Assembly: GCF_041737645.1 (NCBI RefSeq)
Contig: NZ_JBGSRI010000036.1
Coordinates: 7,154-71,153, forward strand
Direction of reading: 5' to 3'
Source: Sphingorhabdus sp.
Lineage (GTDB): Bacteria > Pseudomonadota > Alphaproteobacteria > Sphingomonadales > Sphingomonadaceae
DNA length: 64,000 nt
The notes beneath the pieces were generated by a model. That model was not told where the DNA came from. It ran no database searches and was given only the letters and a program-made list of their open reading frames with translations. Both the position numbers and the translations under genes were made by a program. Below, in pieces: positions 60,578 to 64,000 of the stretch; within the stretch, counting starts at the first letter, position 1; each line of letters opens with the position of its first letter.

Positions 60578-61066
60578 TTACCGATAGGCCGCATCGGCGG
60601 CAAGGTTCGCGGCGATGGCGCGTTCCCATTTGTCACCGTTGGAAAGTAGCTTGTCCTTGTCGTATAGCAATTCCTCACGTGTTTCGGTCGCATATTCGAA
60701 ATTCGGCCCTTCGACGATGGCATCAACGGGACAGGCTTCCTGGCAGAAACCGCAATAGATACACTTCGTCATATCGATGTCGTAGCGCGTCGTCCGGCGG
60801 CTGCCGTCTTCGCGCGGCTCGGCCTCGATAGTGATTGCCTGCGCCGGACACACCGCCTCGCACAGCTTGCACGCAATGCAGCGTTCTTCGCCGTTGGGAT
60901 AGCGTCGCAGCGCATGTTCACCCCGGAAACGCGGCGACAGCGGGTTTTTCTCGAACGGATAATTGATCGTCGCCTTCGGCTTGAAGAAATATTGCAAAGT
61001 CAGCCAGTGCGCCTTGACGAATTCCCACAAGGTGAAGGATTTGATGAGATGGGCGATGGTGGTCAT
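60578..61066 (-). CDS. nuoI: NADH-quinone oxidoreductase subunit I
   Basis: Two 4Fe-4S motifs, [12 protein letters not shown] and [12 protein letters not shown]. The ATG at 61066 overlaps the nuoH stop (ATGA); the longest ORF starts at 61144. Confidence 0.95.
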   Translation of the reverse strand: MTTIAHLIKSFTLWEFVKAHWLTLQYFFKPKATINYPFEKNPLSPRFRGEHALRRYPNGEERCIACKLCEAVCPAQAITIEAEPREDGSRRTTRYDIDMTKCIYCGFCQEACPVDAIVEGPNFEYATETREELLYDKDKLLSNGDKWERAIAANLAADAAYR

Positions 61067-62109
61067 GCAAAATGTCCCGTAAACATGAGATACCCGCTCA
61101 CCAGAAACACCCAGAACAGCGAGATCGGCAGGAATATCTTCCAACCCAGACGCATCAACTGGTCATAGCGGTAACGCGGCACGGTGGCCTTTACCCAAGC
61201 GAAGATAAAGAACATCACGAGGATCTTGGCAAAAAACCAGATGATGCCTGGCACCATATACAGCGGCGCCCAATCGACCGGCGGCAGCCATCCGCCCCAG
61301 AAGAGGATCGCGTTCAGCGCGCACATCAGCAGCACGTTGGCATATTCGCCGAGCCAGAAGAGCGCGAAGGCCATTGACGAATATTCGGTCTGGTACCCGG
61401 CGACCAGTTCGCTTTCCGCCTCGGTCAAATCGAACGGTGCACGTGCGGTTTCGGCCATCGCGCTAATGAGGAACATCACCGCAATCGGAAACAGGAGCGG
61501 GTTCAGCGCATAAGCGTTGATAAAGCCCAGCACATGGCCTTTTTGCGCGGCAATTATACCGCCCATGTTGAAAGTACCTGCCCACAGGACGACGCAGATC
61601 AGGATGAAACCTATGGATACTTCATAGGAAATCATCTGCGCCGCGGCGCGCATCGCGGAATAAAAAGGATATTTGGAGTTGGATGCCCAGCCCGATATTA
61701 CCACGCCGTAAACGCCGAGGCTGCTGATCGCGAGGATATAGAGCAGGCCGACATTGATATCGGCGAGCACCACGCCATCGGCAAAGGGTATGACCGCCCA
61801 TGCCATCAACGCCACGGTAAAGGTGATGATCGGCGCAATCAGGAACAGGCCCCGGTTCGATGCCGAAGGGATAATCGTTTCCTGCAGAAAGACTTTCAAA
61901 CCATCGGCAAAGGACTGAAGCACGCCGAATGGTCCGACAACATTTGGACCACGACGCAGCGCGAAGGCTGCCCACAATTTCCGCTCACCATAAATGACAA
62001 GCGCGACTGCCAGCATCAACGGGAATGCGATCAGCAAAATTCCGGCAATCGTAGCAGTGAACCACGCACCTTCATAGGACATGCCAAGCGATTGGAAGAA
62101 TGAGGTCAT
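61063..62109 (-). CDS. nuoH: NADH-quinone oxidoreductase subunit H
   Basis: 348-aa polytopic subunit (ERK..A..Q.R.GPN motif). Confidence 0.95.
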   Translation of the reverse strand: MTSFFQSLGMSYEGAWFTATIAGILLIAFPLMLAVALVIYGERKLWAAFALRRGPNVVGPFGVLQSFADGLKVFLQETIIPSASNRGLFLIAPIITFTVALMAWAVIPFADGVVLADINVGLLYILAISSLGVYGVVISGWASNSKYPFYSAMRAAAQMISYEVSIGFILICVVLWAGTFNMGGIIAAQKGHVLGFINAYALNPLLFPIAVMFLISAMAETARAPFDLTEAESELVAGYQTEYSSMAFALFWLGEYANVLLMCALNAILFWGGWLPPVDWAPLYMVPGIIWFFAKILVMFFIFAWVKATVPRYRYDQLMRLGWKIFLPISLFWVFLVSGYLMFTGHFA

Positions 62110-64000
62110 TCCGCAGCCTCCAGAAACTGTTCGCCATGCACCAGTTCAGCCGAGCAGCGTTGCATCGTTTCCGACGCGCGGCAAATGGCGTTGGTGAGGT
62201 AGAAATCCTTGATGGGATAATCGGCGATCTTGCCGCTGACCGTGGCGGGCAGCTTTGGTTCGCCCCAGCCATAAGTGGCCAGACCTTCGACGCCGAGAGC
62301 CGGAACGACCTTGGCCATTTCAGCACGCAGCGCATCGAGGCTGTCGAACGGCAGACGCTTGCCCAAAACATCGGAAAGCGCGCGGAAAATCGCCCAATCC
62401 TCACGCGCATCCCCCGGCGGGAATACCGCACGTTCGCCGCGTTGGACGCGACCTTCGAGGTTCACGTAAGTGCCGGACTTCTCGCTATAGGCCGCACCGG
62501 GCAGGATGACATCGGCATGCCGCGCGCCCTGATCGCCATGATGGCCGACATAGACTTTGAACGTCTTGGCAAAGAGGCCGTAATCGACTTCATCTGCGCC
62601 GAGAAAGAAGGCCAGCTTCGGCGCTTTCTTCGCTAGCGCCTTGATGCCGCCATCAAAAGCGTAACCCAGCATCAGTCCACCCATGCGCGCTGCGGCGAAA
62701 TGGAGGACGTTGAAGCCGTTCCAGCCCTCACGGGCCAGCTTGTATTTCTTGGCAAAAGCCAGCGCCGCGCCATGCACGCCTTCGTAACGAAGCGCGCCTC
62801 CGCCAACGATGATCGCGGGGCGCTCAGCCGCTTTCAAGGCATCCGCCAACGCCTTGGGCGCTTTTGTCAGGGCAGAAAGATCGTCGCCCAGCCATTCAAC
62901 CCTATAGGTGAGGTCGGTTACCGGACCGATGGCAAAGACCTTCGCGCCCTTTTTGCGGACGGCCTTTTGCACCCTGGTGTTTACCAAAGCGGCTTCCCGG
63001 CGCAGGTCGCTGCCGACGAGCAGGATGACATCGGCATTTTCCATGCCGGCGATAGTGGTGTTGAAATTGACCGCACTCAGCGACGAGGTGTCATAGGCTA
63101 GGCCGGTCTGACGACCCTCTAGCATCACCGAACCCGCCAATTCGCGGGCTGCAAACATGGTTTCGCAATCGACCTGATCGCCAGAGAGCACGGCGGCTTC
63201 GCCCGACCAGTGCGCTTTTACAGCTTCAAAAGCCTCTGCCCAACTAACCGCAACAAGCTTACCGTCCTTGCGGACATAAGGCTTGTCGAGGCGCCGGTGG
63301 GTCAAGCCATCGACCGCATGGCGGGTTTTATCGGAGGCCCATTCTTCGTTCACATCATCGTTAATACGCGGCAAGGCGCGAAGCACAGCCCTGCCCCTGC
63401 TGTCGAGGCGGATGTTGGTGCCGACTGCGTCCATGACGTCGATGCTCGGCGTTTTCTTCAGCTCCCACGGCCGCGCTTCGAAAGCATAAGGCTTCGATGT
63501 CAGCGCGCCCACGGGGCACAGATCGACCACATTGCCGGATAGTTCGCTGGTCACCGCCCGCTCCAGATAGCTGGTGATCTGCATATTCTCACCGCGACCA
63601 ATCGCGCCGATTTCCTCGATACCAGCCACTTCCTCGGCAAAGCGGACGCAGCGCGTGCACTGGATGCAGCGGGTCATCACCGTTTTGACGAGCGGCCCCA
63701 TATATTTCTCGGTTACCGCACGCTTATTCTCGTCGTAGCGCGACGCACCACGACCATAAGCCACGCTCTGGTCCTGCATATCGCATTCACCACCCTGATC
63801 GCAAATCGGGCAATCGAGCGGGTGGTTGATCAGGAGAAATTCCATGACCCCTTCCCGCGCCTTCTTCACCATTGGGCTGTCGGTCTTGATAATCTGCCCT
63901 TCGGTCGCGGGCAACGCGCAGCTTGCCTGCGGCTTGGGCGGCCCGGGAGCAACCTCCACCAGACACATGCGGCAATTGCCCGCGATGGAGAGGCGTTCAT
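62106..64000 (-). CDS. nuoG: NADH-quinone oxidoreductase subunit G (5' end outside the window)
   Basis: The Fe-S region [17 protein letters not shown] runs off the window edge; [14 protein letters not shown]-like and [10 protein letters not shown] motifs are present. The ORF remains open to position 64000. Confidence 0.95.
   Translation of the reverse strand, partial: ERLSIAGNCRMCLVEVAPGPPKPQASCALPATEGQIIKTDSPMVKKAREGVMEFLLINHPLDCPICDQGGECDMQDQSVAYGRGASRYDENKRAVTEKYMGPLVKTVMTRCIQCTRCVRFAEEVAGIEEIGAIGRGENMQITSYLERAVTSELSGNVVDLCPVGALTSKPYAFEARPWELKKTPSIDVMDAVGTNIRLDSRGRAVLRALPRINDDVNEEWASDKTRHAVDGLTHRRLDKPYVRKDGKLVAVSWAEAFEAVKAHWSGEAAVLSGDQVDCETMFAARELAGSVMLEGRQTGLAYDTSSLSAVNFNTTIAGMENADVILLVGSDLRREAALVNTRVQKAVRKKGAKVFAIGPVTDLTYRVEWLGDDLSALTKAPKALADALKAAERPAIIVGGGALRYEGVHGAALAFAKKYKLAREGWNGFNVLHFAAARMGGLMLGYAFDGGIKALAKKAPKLAFFLGADEVDYGLFAKTFKVYVGHHGDQGARHADVILPGAAYSEKSGTYVNLEGRVQRGERAVFPPGDAREDWAIFRALSDVLGKRLPFDSLDALRAEMAKVVPALGVEGLATYGWGEPKLPATVSGKIADYPIKDFYLTNAICRASETMQRCSAELVHGEQFLEAAE

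Overview
This is a densely packed, mostly housekeeping chromosomal segment of an alphaproteobacterium. Gene order (trpFBA-accD-folC; nuo...N-birA-coaX-rnj-DUF1467) and GTTC-N7-GTTC LexA boxes suggest a Sphingomonadales-like organism, which is inference only. I support about 60 protein-coding genes and saw no rRNA, tRNA, CRISPR array, IS element, integrase or prophage genes. Order along the window: DUF1285-Nudix-cca; a degenerate-GGDEF/EAL protein; parC; purB; lapA-like-pyrF-GNAT-trpF-trpB-trpA-accD; a GIY-YIG gene framed by hairpin repeats; folC; ampG; rluB-rsmD-eamA-uvrD; a globin-like gene divergent from a tandem-PilZ/HD-GYP pair; MFS-cysK; a small secreted Asp-rich repeat protein; acyl-CoA dehydrogenase with a MerR regulator; two L,D-transpeptidases; sodC; serB/miaA; ilvB-ilvN-ilvC; yceI; nitronate monooxygenase; moaC-moeA; lexA; comEC; gltA. 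A 6.4-kb uncharacterised cluster follows (44833-51198), then DUF1467-rnj-coaX-birA-nuoNMLKJIH and partial nuoG. The best candidates for something new are three. (1) The 44.8-51.2 kb cluster contains signalling-like proteins whose phospho-acceptor or catalytic motifs all appear substituted: a HisKA/HATPase protein with Pro at the His position, an Hpt-like protein with Trp at the His position, and an NTase-like membrane protein with degenerate motifs. It also holds a divergent membrane-anchored coiled-coil protein with TipN-like topology. (2) A GIY-YIG nuclease gene framed by inverted copies of a 30-nt hairpin repeat sits in the normally contiguous accD-folC junction, next to a MITE-like repeat pair. 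(3) A globin-like / PilZ-PilZ / HD-GYP c-di-GMP module. All domain calls come from reading motifs by eye; no searches or computations were run.
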